Origin: a virus | Lineage: Duplodnaviria > Caudoviricetes | Length of the DNA: 53,267 nt | IMG/VR virus record: IMGVR_UViG_3300012665_000878 | Coordinates: 1 to 53,267 of that record | Direction: 5' to 3' (one strand) | In this document: piece by piece, positions 9,617 to 19,828 of the stretch | How the letters are laid out: each line of letters begins with the position of its first letter | Numbering within the stretch: the stretch's first letter is position 1 | The notes under the pieces: generated by a model | What the model was told of the DNA's origin: nothing | Databases searched by the model: none | Seen by the model: only the letters and a program-made list of their open reading frames with translations | Program-made: the position numbers and the translations under genes

Positions 9617-10018
9617 ATGAAAATTGGATTCAGCTTTGGTCGTTGTATTCGCGATATTGTTATGGGAAAGATATCTGAAGACGAGGTCGCTTTTATCATT
9701 GGCGCAACTAATATTCGAGAGCCCGAACAGTTAACACATGTAATTAACGATTACATGTTTCGAGACGAATATCTTTACGGACTTGACGAAGTAGAGTGCC
9801 AGCGTGTTGCCCGCAGTCTTTGGGATAACAGTAAACTAATTCAGCCACGTCGTGAAGGTATCCATCGACATAAACAACCAGAAAACTCTATATGGGTTGA
9901 TATTTTTCCTACTGAACTTTCAGAAAATGATGCCGTAAAGAAAGCATGGGACGCTTATCGGTTTATGTTACACATGACCGAAAACGTTGACAGTGATGCT
10001 CTAGAAACTTTTCGATAA
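9617..10018 (+). CDS. hypothetical phage protein
   Basis: ORF starting MKIGFSFGRCIRDI downstream of a promoter. Confidence 0.7.
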   Translation: MKIGFSFGRCIRDIVMGKISEDEVAFIIGATNIREPEQLTHVINDYMFRDEYLYGLDEVECQRVARSLWDNSKLIQPRREGIHRHKQPENSIWVDIFPTELSENDAVKKAWDAYRFMLHMTENVDSDALETFR

Positions 10019-10027
10019 AGTGCGACT

Positions 10028-10270
10028 ATGATGACAAAAATCCGCAAATGGGTTACTGATTACAACGATAAAATCATAATTACTGTTGCCCTATTAGGCT
10101 GTGTGGGGATTCTACTGTTTTCTAATTTTGGAAAACAAGAACGTGTAGTAGTTTACGATTGTAGAGATGCCCATTGGCATCCAGATATTCCTGTTCATGT
10201 CAAACAAGCCTGTCAAGAATTGTATCGTCAAGAATTTCAAAAAGAGCAGGACGCCAAAAATACCATTTGA
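10028..10270 (+). CDS. small membrane protein
   Basis: One TM helix followed by YDC...C. Confidence 0.6.
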   Translation: MMTKIRKWVTDYNDKIIITVALLGCVGILLFSNFGKQERVVVYDCRDAHWHPDIPVHVKQACQELYRQEFQKEQDAKNTI

Positions 10271-10295
10271 CTTTATCCTAGTGCTATGCTATAAT
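10267..10295 (+). promoter_or_regulatory. sigma70-type promoter
   Basis: TTGACT-17 nt-TATAAT with extended -10 TG. Confidence 0.8.
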
Positions 10296-10322
10296 ATATG
10301 TATATTATAGAAAGGATTCTCA

Positions 10323-10919
10323 ATGATCACCCTCAAAGATTTTATGGAAGTTTGTGATTACAAAATCACTGAAGGCAGTGCGTATTGCTGGCAGTGTTTT
10401 GGACCAGACGCTTATCGGTTAGATTCTTGGAATCAAGAGCAAGATGGACATACTGTTAGTATTGTATTTGACACTCGAACTCAAGTAGTTTATGAAGTTA
10501 CTGCTTACGACTATCGACGCAATCATGCGTATCGATTAATCAACCCTGAATTCAAATCAGCACACGACAACGAAGCAACAGAACGTGATATTGATATTAA
10601 TCAAGCATGGGATGATGTTAACTATATTGATCTCGATGTTGTCGACGACTTTATTCAAAAAGCTCTAGCCATTGTTAATGAAGAAGACTACGATACTCGA
10701 GTACAGGTTCCTGTAGATTTCACAGATGAAGAACTGTTACAATACATGAAACTAGCGCACGAGCGTGATATGACCTTTAACGAACTTGTTGAAGAAGCAT
10801 TGCGAGCCGCTATTGACGATTTTAAAATGCGTGACGAATATGATTTTTTTGATGCTGAACGCGGTCCGGTAGAACAGACTGTTAAAAAACTTAAGAAGAA
10901 AAAGAAAGATAAAAAGTAA
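10323..10919 (+). CDS. hypothetical protein, possible C-terminal ribbon-helix-helix
   Basis: AAAGGA SD; VQVPVDFTDEELLQYMKLAHERDMTFNELVEEAL. Confidence 0.65.
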   Translation: MITLKDFMEVCDYKITEGSAYCWQCFGPDAYRLDSWNQEQDGHTVSIVFDTRTQVVYEVTAYDYRRNHAYRLINPEFKSAHDNEATERDIDINQAWDDVNYIDLDVVDDFIQKALAIVNEEDYDTRVQVPVDFTDEELLQYMKLAHERDMTFNELVEEALRAAIDDFKMRDEYDFFDAERGPVEQTVKKLKKKKKDKK

Positions 10920-11395
10920 TGACTAAAAAGATCTACTATGAAAAACGTGGACGTAGGTATGTGCCTGTGCAAGAGTACGACGGCGACTTCATGGACAGTT
11001 ACTCCGAGGGCACACACCTTTTGATGGTGTATCCAGGCGGCCAAAGCCGCCGGTATAACATTGATCCTAATTACGCTGCTATGATTGCGGCCGGGCGTGT
11101 GGCTGAAGATGCTATCTGTCGAGCAATCAGCAAGGCCAGCGAAATGCGGCCGCAACGAACTCCGATTACTCCCGGACAGAAGAAGGCCTGGGAAAAGTTG
11201 GCAAAAGAGCTCGGTGATGAATTATGTCCGTTGACCTATGGTAGTGCTAGGGATCATGCGGAAGCCGGAATCCAAGCCATGCAGGAAGAAGCAGATAAGT
11301 TAATGAAACATGACAGTGTGAGAAAGGCCTACGAGCATTTTCAGTTGATGTGCGAACTTTCAAAGGTCAAAGATGAAAACAAAAACACTGTTTGA
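10919..11395 (+). CDS. hypothetical phage protein
   Basis: 158-aa ORF with TAATG stop-start coupling. Confidence 0.65.
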   Translation: MTKKIYYEKRGRRYVPVQEYDGDFMDSYSEGTHLLMVYPGGQSRRYNIDPNYAAMIAAGRVAEDAICRAISKASEMRPQRTPITPGQKKAWEKLAKELGDELCPLTYGSARDHAEAGIQAMQEEADKLMKHDSVRKAYEHFQLMCELSKVKDENKNTV

Positions 11396-12041
11396 TTTTT
11401 TAGATGATATACAAGACGTAACCAGTTGGAAGTCCGGTGGCGAAAACAAACCATCAACTGAATGGTACCCTTTGATTAATTCAGCAGATCAAGAACCCAT
11501 AAACATCATAGGTCCAGATTGGACCAAAGGTCCTTGGATTGCCGGCGGAGCAGTATTACGTTGGTATCAAAGCCAACCAGTAGGCGAAAGTGATATTGAT
11601 ATCTTTTGTTCTTCTGCTTTACAAGCAGATACTGTTATTTCTAAAATAAAAAGCTATGGTAGATATACCACAAAATTTGAAAGTGACAACGCTACTACTT
11701 TAAGTTATACTTCTCATGACGGTGAAAAGAATTGGACTTTACAAATCATTAAACGTAGATTCTTTACATCAGCCGAAGAAATCATTGATAATTTTGATAT
11801 TTCTGTTTGTAAACTAGCAACAGACGGTAAAAATTTATCATTAGGTATTGACACAGCCAAAGACGTTCGAGAAAAAAATCTACGATTTCAAATGCCCCTA
11901 CAACCAGACGCACTCAAAAGGTTAACCAAATATTGGACTTACGGGTATAGGCCTGTAGAAGGCACCATCGAGGCTATCCAAAATAACCCTGTAGCCAAAT
12001 GGCATTTTAATTCAGATGAGGATTATCACAATGCGTTCTGA
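11373..12041 (+). CDS. nucleotidyltransferase (CCA-adding/poly(A) polymerase head-like)
   Basis: IAGGAV...SDIDIF and NFDISVC motifs. Confidence 0.7.
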   Translation: MKTKTLFDFLDDIQDVTSWKSGGENKPSTEWYPLINSADQEPINIIGPDWTKGPWIAGGAVLRWYQSQPVGESDIDIFCSSALQADTVISKIKSYGRYTTKFESDNATTLSYTSHDGEKNWTLQIIKRRFFTSAEEIIDNFDISVCKLATDGKNLSLGIDTAKDVREKNLRFQMPLQPDALKRLTKYWTYGYRPVEGTIEAIQNNPVAKWHFNSDEDYHNAF

Positions 12042-12405
12042 ACAAAGCTGGAGTCTTATTGATCCTAAACCTGTATTATTATATCTCACACATCACGACG
12101 ACTACATAGTGTACTGGAACGGAGTAGTGATGCCTCACAACATGGCACTATGTATGGCTATGGAATATTTTGGAATCTACCCTACTCCCGAGATGAAAAC
12201 TGCTATGGAAAAAAATTATGAAATTTTATATTACGCAGGAGCATTCAATACAAGAGCTTGGGATTCTAGAGTTGGGTGTGGACCAGTGTATTCTTATCTT
12301 AAACGTATTATGAAACCACACGTTGAAAAGCTCACCGAAAATAATGACCCAAACGTGGTTATAGGTTGGTTTGATTATAAAAAATCTCGCAGGGAATTAG
12401 CATAA
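12016..12405 (+). CDS. hypothetical protein
   Basis: ORF in a tightly packed operon. Confidence 0.6.
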   Translation: MRIITMRSEQSWSLIDPKPVLLYLTHHDDYIVYWNGVVMPHNMALCMAMEYFGIYPTPEMKTAMEKNYEILYYAGAFNTRAWDSRVGCGPVYSYLKRIMKPHVEKLTENNDPNVVIGWFDYKKSRRELA

Positions 12406-12774
12406 ATGTTATTCAACGAACTGTTTATTATATTAGCACTGCTGTTTATTAAACACTTTCTTGTTGATTTTATTTTTCAAACTGACGAGCATATTAAGAA
12501 CAAAGGGTCGTATGGCCATTTAAAAGGCATCGAACATTCTTTACAACACGGTGTTGGCACAACATTTGTACTGTTTCCATTTATTGGTTGGGAATTATCG
12601 ATGATATTAGGAGTGATAGACAGTATTGTACATTATCATATTGATTGGGCTAAAATGAGCATTAATCAAAAATGGAAACACGAGTTTAATTCTTCTCAAT
12701 TTTGGACATGGTTTGGTGCTGATCAATTAGCCCATTCATTGACGTACATTTGGTTAGCGTGGTTATTATTTTGA
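12406..12774 (+). CDS. DUF3307-like membrane protein
   Basis: KHFLVDFIFQ, HSLQH, HYHIDW and DQLAH motifs. Confidence 0.75.
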   Translation: MLFNELFIILALLFIKHFLVDFIFQTDEHIKNKGSYGHLKGIEHSLQHGVGTTFVLFPFIGWELSMILGVIDSIVHYHIDWAKMSINQKWKHEFNSSQFWTWFGADQLAHSLTYIWLAWLLF

Positions 12775-12791
12775 TAAGTACAAAATAGATT

Positions 12792-13364
12792 ATGGAGCAA
12801 CGATTGAAACGCATCGACGAATTTAATGCCGAGGATCGAATTGACCTAAAATTACTGGAAAATTCGATACATTTTCTCTCCGGAGAAATCAACGAAGATA
12901 CCGTTGGGGCTTGTATAAAATGGATTACCTACGAAAATCTTGATCCAAAAGAAAAGGTCTTGACCTTATATGTCAATTCCACAGGTGGTGATCTTTATCA
13001 AGCATTTGCGTTAATTGACGTTATGCGCAGTAGTCGCCATACAATTAGAACAGTCGGTGTTGGAGCAGTAATGAGCGCAGCATTTTTAATTTTTGCCAGT
13101 GGCGATAAAGGTGAACGATACACTGCCAAAAATACCAGTTTTATGTGTCACCAATTTACTGAAAATATGGATAGTAAATATCACGATTTAAAAGCAACTA
13201 TGAAAGAAAATGATTTGTGTAACAGCAAAATGATTGAAATTCTTAGAGATGCTACAGGCTTGGCTCCATCAAAAATACGTGCCAAGCTATTGCCAGCTAG
13301 CGATGTTTATTTGTCTAGCAACGAGGTTATCGAATTTGGGATCGCAGATAATATTCTTGAATAA
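12792..13364 (+). CDS. clpP: ClpP-like protease subunit
   Basis: [16 protein letters not shown] (Ser), FMCHQ (His), EFGIADNI. Confidence 0.8.
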   Translation: MEQRLKRIDEFNAEDRIDLKLLENSIHFLSGEINEDTVGACIKWITYENLDPKEKVLTLYVNSTGGDLYQAFALIDVMRSSRHTIRTVGVGAVMSAAFLIFASGDKGERYTAKNTSFMCHQFTENMDSKYHDLKATMKENDLCNSKMIEILRDATGLAPSKIRAKLLPASDVYLSSNEVIEFGIADNILE

Positions 13365-13579
13365 TGGCTAAAGAAGATATACTGGTAGTTGAAGGGCGAG
13401 TAGTAGAAGTTTTACCAGCTACTACTTTTAAAGTTGAGTTGGAAACTGGACAAAAAGTTCTAGCTCATCTAAGCGGCAAAATGCGTCAAAATAATATCAA
13501 GGTATTATTAGGCGATGGTGTTAAAATGGAGATGAGTGTTTATGACCTCTCTAAGGGAAGAATCGTTTTCAGAAAATGA
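13364..13579 (+). CDS. infA: translation initiation factor IF-1
   Basis: MAKED...[19 protein letters not shown]...[11 protein letters not shown] is canonical IF-1. Confidence 0.95.
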   Translation: MAKEDILVVEGRVVEVLPATTFKVELETGQKVLAHLSGKMRQNNIKVLLGDGVKMEMSVYDLSKGRIVFRK

Positions 13580-14201
13580 TATCATTGATCCTGATTGGGT
13601 CATTAGGTATCTGCTGAATCATCTTCCTAGAGAAAACATAAATGCCGAACTTACTATTAACACTATCAAAAAAATGTGTAAAAAAATCAAAGGCGTTCGC
13701 ATAGAATTTCAAAGAACTGGCGGCCTTAAAGATTGTTTTGCCATTCACGGGCTCTACGACAATACTAAAAAAAGAGCAATAATAATTACGATCTGTTGTA
13801 GTAGTTTTAAAAAACAATTTACACTATCTCCAAGTATCTACAACTATTTGATCTGCGAAGTAGCAGATACGCTTTGCCACGAAAGCATACATCGTTATCA
13901 AGATCTGGCTAGATACTATGATGGAAATGCTTCAAATAATCACGATGCCGATTATTATGCTGACCCGGACGAGATGTTTGCGTATGCTGTAAATATCGCA
14001 CACAATCTTTATCGAAAGCATGGGAATCAAGCGTTGTCAAATTTGAATAACATAGGATTAATAATCAACGACGACAGCTATCTTGCTGATTATTATTTCT
14101 TTATGTACAACACAACAAAATTTAATAAACTATTGAAAATGATTTATCAAAACTTAGAATCTTTTGAACAGGGCAAGATAGCACATCGGCCCTGCGTATG
14201 A
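13536..14201 (+). CDS. putative zinc metallopeptidase-like protein
   Basis: HESIH (HExxH) plus downstream EMFAYA. Confidence 0.55.
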   Translation: MFMTSLREESFSENDIIDPDWVIRYLLNHLPRENINAELTINTIKKMCKKIKGVRIEFQRTGGLKDCFAIHGLYDNTKKRAIIITICCSSFKKQFTLSPSIYNYLICEVADTLCHESIHRYQDLARYYDGNASNNHDADYYADPDEMFAYAVNIAHNLYRKHGNQALSNLNNIGLIINDDSYLADYYFFMYNTTKFNKLLKMIYQNLESFEQGKIAHRPCV

Positions 14202-15160
14202 CAATACCATTTGACGACATAACTTCTTTTGGGCAACAAACTATGTTAGACAGAAATGTGTTTAACATCAGTTGGATACTTGGTAGATTTTGTAACTATA
14301 ATTGTTCATACTGTTGGCCATATGCTCGCAGCGACAAATTAGATTATCAAGATCATTCAGTATATCTAAACGCAATTAATAATATTAAACAACAGGCTAG
14401 AGCAAATGGATTCAACGCATTCCATTGGAGCTTCAGTGGCGGCGAACCAACTGCCTATAAACAGTTGAACGACTTAATTAAACATCTAGACGAAACAGAA
14501 AGTACGTATCAAAGCATTCATATGACTACTAATCTAAGTCCAGGAAGCAAATGGTGGAATACTTGGTGTGCTAACACGGCCTTACTTCAACGAAGAAGTA
14601 TAACAGCCAGCTTTCATGATGAGTTTGCCAAGGAGCAAGAGTTTGGTGACAAGTGTTTACAGTTACAATACGAGCTGGTACATGTTACTATCAATCAAGT
14701 AATGGTTCCTGAAAAGTTTGATGAACTATATGAACGATGTCAGCGATTTAATGCTAAGGGCATTAATGTAACTCTTAAGCCACAGAGTAACGAAACAGCT
14801 TCCGAAATAGTAAAAGGTTACAGTGACAGCCAGATTGAACTTATGAAAACAGGTTTCCCTCAAAAAGTTAAAGATGAAGAAGTATACCAAATACGATTAA
14901 CTGATGGGTTACAGAATTATTTTTTAGATCAAGCAGAAAGATTTAATGCTTTTAATTTTAATAAATTTAACGGATGGCATTGTAACGCTGGACATCAAAG
15001 TTTAATCATTCGGGGCAATGAAGTTAAAAGAGGTTATAGCTGCCACGATACACCATTAGGTACATTATCCGATGGCTTTGAAATTTTTAAAACACCTACT
15101 AAATGCGTTACTCCTAGCTGTGTTAGTTCGGCAGATAGCAAGATACCAAAGAGAAAATAA
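14198..15160 (+). CDS. radical SAM protein
   Basis: CNYNCSYC, SGGEPT, C-terminal Cys cluster. Confidence 0.9.
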   Translation: MTIPFDDITSFGQQTMLDRNVFNISWILGRFCNYNCSYCWPYARSDKLDYQDHSVYLNAINNIKQQARANGFNAFHWSFSGGEPTAYKQLNDLIKHLDETESTYQSIHMTTNLSPGSKWWNTWCANTALLQRRSITASFHDEFAKEQEFGDKCLQLQYELVHVTINQVMVPEKFDELYERCQRFNAKGINVTLKPQSNETASEIVKGYSDSQIELMKTGFPQKVKDEEVYQIRLTDGLQNYFLDQAERFNAFNFNKFNGWHCNAGHQSLIIRGNEVKRGYSCHDTPLGTLSDGFEIFKTPTKCVTPSCVSSADSKIPKRK

Positions 15161-15975
15161 TGGAAACAGGAATAGTCAAATGGTATAATGATGCTAAAGG
15201 CTACGGCTTTGTTACTGCGGATCTCGATCGTGCTGAATTATTGATTCTTAAAGAACATATATTAAATGACCCTAAGGTTGTATTTGAATTACAGCCTGTT
15301 GAATTTGAAAGAGTGTTTTCTGTAGGTCGTCCGGTAGTTGCTGGAAAGATTCGTAGTACTATTACAGAAATAAAACATTATCAAAGACCTCGTATATCTG
15401 TTTTTGAAAATGTGTTGTCGCCAGACTTTTGTCGTGCTATAATTGAAAAACATACCGCAGCAGGTATGAACTCTAATTCTGGCGGACAATCTAGAACAGA
15501 GTCCTACGCACAAGTAACTGAACAAGTAGAAAATAGAGGCATAAGTCTAGGCGTCGATCCCTACGACTATGACATGATAGCAACAGCAATAACCAAGTAT
15601 GCTCGCGTACCATACAGTAACATAGAAGCCATAGATGTTTATAATTATGTAACCGGTCAGTTTTTAGATTTACATCACGACTATCCTTATGATCCAAAAC
15701 AAATACATTATTACAAGTACGGTGGTGATAGAGTAGGCACAGGAATCTTTTATTTCAATGACGACTTTGAAGGTGGCGAAACTTGGTTTCCTAAATTAGG
15801 TGTAGAGATAAAACCTAAAACAGGTTCCTTCTTGTATTTCGAGCAAGGCTACGACGAAGAAACAAATTGGAGTACGATCCATGAAAGTAAACTTATTACC
15901 AAAGGCACTAAATGGATAGCCAGTTGTTTTTTCAGTGATAAGCCAAGGGTGGGGTATGATCCTAGAAACTTCTAA
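15160..15975 (+). CDS. cold-shock domain fused to a prolyl-4-hydroxylase-like Fe(II)/2OG oxygenase
   Basis: GIVKWYNDAKGYGFV; HHD, YFNDDFEGGETWF, HES...GTKW. Confidence 0.8.
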   Translation: METGIVKWYNDAKGYGFVTADLDRAELLILKEHILNDPKVVFELQPVEFERVFSVGRPVVAGKIRSTITEIKHYQRPRISVFENVLSPDFCRAIIEKHTAAGMNSNSGGQSRTESYAQVTEQVENRGISLGVDPYDYDMIATAITKYARVPYSNIEAIDVYNYVTGQFLDLHHDYPYDPKQIHYYKYGGDRVGTGIFYFNDDFEGGETWFPKLGVEIKPKTGSFLYFEQGYDEETNWSTIHESKLITKGTKWIASCFFSDKPRVGYDPRNF

Positions 15976-16642
15976 TTGGACTCCCTATTACAAACTCAAT
16001 GAGCTAGGACAACGTGCTATGGCACAGCAGACCTACGAACCTCTTATTAGTCCAGATAAGAAAACATTCTGTGCTAACTATGCCTACAATAATGTTTATC
16101 AACATCGCAATGGTTATACCAAAGAAGTTGTAGATTGGTTTTTTGAAAACGAAATCAAACATTTTTTAAAATTTCAAAATCAACCTTGGTGCCCAGAAAT
16201 TGTTGATATTGATAGAACACGACTAAAAGTGTTTTTCAAATGGCAAGGCAATACCTGTAACGAAATCATCTACAGTGATCAGCAGTTAGAAAAATATTGC
16301 CCAAATTGGAAAAATCAGTTACAATATATAATGACTGACTGTTATGACCTAGGCACATATAAATTAACAATGTATCCGCATTGCCATTATATCCTTGATG
16401 GGCAACTCAAAACCTTTGACATGTATGGTTGCGTAGATACTGCTAGCCCATGGATACCTAAGTATGCTATGGATGGTATTGTACACGAGACAGCTAGATT
16501 TAGACTAGACGAAACTGACAGTAATGATACTCATTATAATTTAGAAAAGATGTTTAAACGTTCTATGAGTACACATGTCAAATGGGGCAACGAAGATCTT
16601 AATTGGCTTTACATTAAAATGTTTGGAACAGCAGATGCCTAA
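15956..16642 (+). CDS. hypothetical, kinase-like fold suspected
   Basis: FENEIKH, PEIVDID, YKLTMYPHCHYILDGQLKTFD; similar to 30853..31548. Confidence 0.5.
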   Translation: MILETSNWTPYYKLNELGQRAMAQQTYEPLISPDKKTFCANYAYNNVYQHRNGYTKEVVDWFFENEIKHFLKFQNQPWCPEIVDIDRTRLKVFFKWQGNTCNEIIYSDQQLEKYCPNWKNQLQYIMTDCYDLGTYKLTMYPHCHYILDGQLKTFDMYGCVDTASPWIPKYAMDGIVHETARFRLDETDSNDTHYNLEKMFKRSMSTHVKWGNEDLNWLYIKMFGTADA

Positions 16643-17207
16643 TCATATCGGAACAACTAAAGAAAAAATAGATTGGGATTTGGTGTTACAGTCTATTACT
16701 CCTAGAACAGGAGATCATAATACTGTAACTTCTGTGGTCAACAGATCCGAAGCAGAAGCAGTAGGCGATCAAGAATTATTAAGTTCTTACAGAGGCATTA
16801 TCAGCACTTGGGAAAAAGCAGGGTACGATCTTAGCAAAATTGAGTGGTGGGATTATTATCCCGGAGAACATTTTAGTATAGACATACAAACTAAATTTGC
16901 TAACATAGTTAACGCAGATCCTTTGCGTGTGTTTGTCAGCGAAGTTATGCCAGGCGCTTGTGTGCCGTATCATTGGGATGTTGAAGATAAAGAAGCAGAG
17001 TGGCTAGCACAAGGACCATTGGTTAGATATGTTTGTTTTATAGATAAGCCTAAGTTTGGTCACGTGCTAATGCTAGAGGATCAGTGCTTTTATAATATAC
17101 AACAACATGAACTCTATCAATGGGATAACTATCGTAGCCACCACGCAGGGACAAACTGTGGCAGCGAACCGTATTACCTTTTTCACTTTTTAGGAAGACC
17201 TAGATGA
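16635..17207 (+). CDS. Fe(II)/2OG oxygenase (AspH-like)
   Basis: PGACVPYHWD and HHAGTNCG. Confidence 0.7.
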   Translation: MPNHIGTTKEKIDWDLVLQSITPRTGDHNTVTSVVNRSEAEAVGDQELLSSYRGIISTWEKAGYDLSKIEWWDYYPGEHFSIDIQTKFANIVNADPLRVFVSEVMPGACVPYHWDVEDKEAEWLAQGPLVRYVCFIDKPKFGHVLMLEDQCFYNIQQHELYQWDNYRSHHAGTNCGSEPYYLFHFLGRPR

Positions 17208-17386
17208 ACGAAGAACCAGTTTTTACTGAGCCGTTTTATATAAAGAAGTTTATGGAGATACAACAACAGAATGTTATCTTATGGCGTAAGCTCTACAATA
17301 TACAACAAAACGCAGAATTGAAAGAACAAGTAGAAAACACATTTGGGGTAGACTTCTTTGATGAACTTGAAAGGGCCCCTAGATGA
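17204..17386 (+). CDS. 60-aa hypothetical protein
   Basis: ATGA overlaps at both ends. Confidence 0.6.
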   Translation: MNEEPVFTEPFYIKKFMEIQQQNVILWRKLYNIQQNAELKEQVENTFGVDFFDELERAPR

Positions 17387-18300
17387 AAATTTTATTAACT
17401 GGAAGCTCGGGGTTTATAGGTTCACACCTAACTCCGTTGTTAGAAAAAGAACACGAAGTACATCACTTAAAAAGCGACCTTACAGATCATAAAGCTGTAC
17501 AGTTAGAGGTAGTATCTGTATCTCCTGATATTATAGTTCACTTGGCAGCTAGAACCGAAGTAGAACAAAGTTTTTATGAACAGATAACTTTTAGTGAAAT
17601 TAACTATGTAGGCACAGTTAACTTAATAGAAGGTGCTGCTCGCGTAAAAAATTTAAAAAACTTTGTGTTTGCTAGTACTATGGAAGTATACGGCTGGCAA
17701 CCTATCAGTGACGATGTTAAAAATAATATTGTTCCTAAACAGTTTGTGGCGTTTGATGAAAACACACAACCAAATCCCAACGCACCCTACGCAGTGGCCA
17801 AGTACGGATGTGAAAAATATTTAGAGTACGCACATCGTTGTTTAAATCTTCCTTTTACTGCTATTCGACAGACTAATAGTTACGGACGCAAAGACAACAA
17901 GTTCTTTGTCACTGAGCAGATCATAAGCCAGATGTTAGAAAATCCCAAAGAAGTAGGATTTGGTTACGCAGAACCATACAGAAATTTTATCTACATCGAC
18001 GATCTATTAGATGCGTGGATGACAGTTATCAACAATCCCGATCTAGTCAATAACGGATATATCTTTACCATTGGACCAGATAATCCTATTAAGATTCGAG
18101 ATTACGCTCTAACCATAGCTAAAAAATTAAACTGGCAGGGCAATATAAATTGGGATACTAAGTTATTCAGACCGGGTGAAATATACTGGCTCAACAGTAA
18201 TCACAACTTAATTACTAAGGTAACAGGTTGGGCACCTAAAGTAACACTAGACGAGGGTCTAGATAAAACTATTGAAGTGTGGAAGAAAATTATAAAATGA
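17383..18300 (+). CDS. NAD-dependent nucleotide-sugar epimerase/dehydratase
   Basis: TGSSGFIG, HLAA and YAVAK (YxxxK). Confidence 0.9.
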   Translation: MKILLTGSSGFIGSHLTPLLEKEHEVHHLKSDLTDHKAVQLEVVSVSPDIIVHLAARTEVEQSFYEQITFSEINYVGTVNLIEGAARVKNLKNFVFASTMEVYGWQPISDDVKNNIVPKQFVAFDENTQPNPNAPYAVAKYGCEKYLEYAHRCLNLPFTAIRQTNSYGRKDNKFFVTEQIISQMLENPKEVGFGYAEPYRNFIYIDDLLDAWMTVINNPDLVNNGYIFTIGPDNPIKIRDYALTIAKKLNWQGNINWDTKLFRPGEIYWLNSNHNLITKVTGWAPKVTLDEGLDKTIEVWKKIIK

Positions 18301-18833
18301 TTAGGTACATTGGAAACTGTTCTTCTTTGATAAATTGGGATCTAGTAATTAAAGACCTAGAAGATCAGCAGCCCGCATATATTGGACCAAAACACAAACA
18401 GGGAGATCCAATACCAGAATTAACAGAAGTCACCGATCTGTGGAATCGTGCTGGGTATAAAACAGTTAAGGAAGGCGGTACTGTGGCTTGGGACATGTTC
18501 TTCCCAGGCGATAATTTTGATCCTAAACTGTTAGATAGATTTGCTGATTTTGTAGGAGCACCGGGATACACGACTGCTTGGATTAGTAGAATATGGCCAG
18601 GGCATTTTGCTCCACAACATTGGGATGTCAATGACAACGAATCAGCATTACCAGACATCCGTCGGTTTCATTGTCATATAGGTCATCCTGAGTTTGGTCA
18701 TGTTTTTATAGCAGACCAACAGTGTTTTTATAATCAAGCGCAAGGAGCTACTTACGAATGGTCAAGTAGAAAACTATGGCATGCTGGCACCAACTGCGGA
18801 CTAACTCCTAAGTATATTTTGAATTTTTGGTAA
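18297..18833 (+). CDS. Fe(II)/2OG oxygenase (AspH-like), paralog of 16635..17207
   Basis: PGHFAPQHWD and WHAGTNCG. Confidence 0.7.
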   Translation: MIRYIGNCSSLINWDLVIKDLEDQQPAYIGPKHKQGDPIPELTEVTDLWNRAGYKTVKEGGTVAWDMFFPGDNFDPKLLDRFADFVGAPGYTTAWISRIWPGHFAPQHWDVNDNESALPDIRRFHCHIGHPEFGHVFIADQQCFYNQAQGATYEWSSRKLWHAGTNCGLTPKYILNFW

Positions 18834-19828
18834 TGTATAAAATCACTGACCTACACATAGAACTAACAGACAAGTGTCAGGCTAGTTGTCCTATGTGTGC
18901 TAGAAACTATAACGGCGGAGCAGAGCGTGCCTTTGTGGGTCAACACGAAATTACGTTAGAACAATTTAAACAGTGGTTTGATACTTCGTGGCTTAAAGAA
19001 TTAAAAAACTTTTACGCCTGCGGTAATTATGGTGACCCTATTATTGCCAAAGACTGTTTAGAGATATTTGAATATGTGCGCAGAGTAAATCCTACAGCAC
19101 GGTTATCCATACACACCAACGGCAGTGCTAGGTCAGCAGATTGGTGGCAGTCACTGGCAAGATCAAAAGTAGAAGTTTCGTTTGGTATAGACGGGTTCGA
19201 AGATACTCATAAGCTATATCGTAGAAACACTAACTGGTCTAGAATCGTAGACAACATGGTAGACTTTATCCATGCTGGCGGTGTTGCTGTGGTTGATTGT
19301 TTGGTGTTTAAACACAATGAACATCAAGTAGCAGCTTTAGAAATATTCTTAAAGAAATTAGGCGTCAGTAAAATTAATTTTAAATATACAGGTCGTTTCT
19401 ATAACATGGAAAGTTTTCCTGTACAAGACACAGACGGAAATATAGAATACAGGTTAGAACCTAGCTCTATAAAAACAGTATCAAGAATTAATATCGACGA
19501 AATAATTAGGAGTCCCAAACAATGGACAAACAACGTAAGCATAGTCCCTAAGTGCGAACAGGGAAATGAAATTTATGTAGATGCTAGAGGAAATGTATTT
19601 CCTTGTTGTTGGGTAGGCAGCGATTGGATCGAAGAGTCTATTGAAGAAACTACAGAACTACGTAAATTAAGAAACACATTAGTCAGCGATACTAAAGAAA
19701 AATTTAAAGATGTCGGTATCGTTAATTTAGCAAATGTTAATATCAAAGACATAGAGTGGAGAAATTTGTCAGACCTGTGGGCTAGTCAAGATAAGCCGTG
19801 GGTATGCGCAAAGAACTGTAATGGATAA
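18827..19828 (+). CDS. radical SAM protein with C-terminal SPASM/twitch-like domain
   Basis: CQASCPMC, GNYGDP, GNVFPCC. Confidence 0.9.
   Translation: MVMYKITDLHIELTDKCQASCPMCARNYNGGAERAFVGQHEITLEQFKQWFDTSWLKELKNFYACGNYGDPIIAKDCLEIFEYVRRVNPTARLSIHTNGSARSADWWQSLARSKVEVSFGIDGFEDTHKLYRRNTNWSRIVDNMVDFIHAGGVAVVDCLVFKHNEHQVAALEIFLKKLGVSKINFKYTGRFYNMESFPVQDTDGNIEYRLEPSSIKTVSRINIDEIIRSPKQWTNNVSIVPKCEQGNEIYVDARGNVFPCCWVGSDWIEESIEETTELRKLRNTLVSDTKEKFKDVGIVNLANVNIKDIEWRNLSDLWASQDKPWVCAKNCNG

Noticed and set aside
10688-11155. 155-aa minus-strand ORF and similar antisense ORFs inside the enzyme cluster
   Set aside because: They lie fully antisense to better supported genes and have no recognisable motifs.
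17204-17386. RiPP precursor peptide for the radical SAM enzymes
   Set aside because: No Cys, repeat or leader/core signature and no RRE/PqqD-type partner seen.
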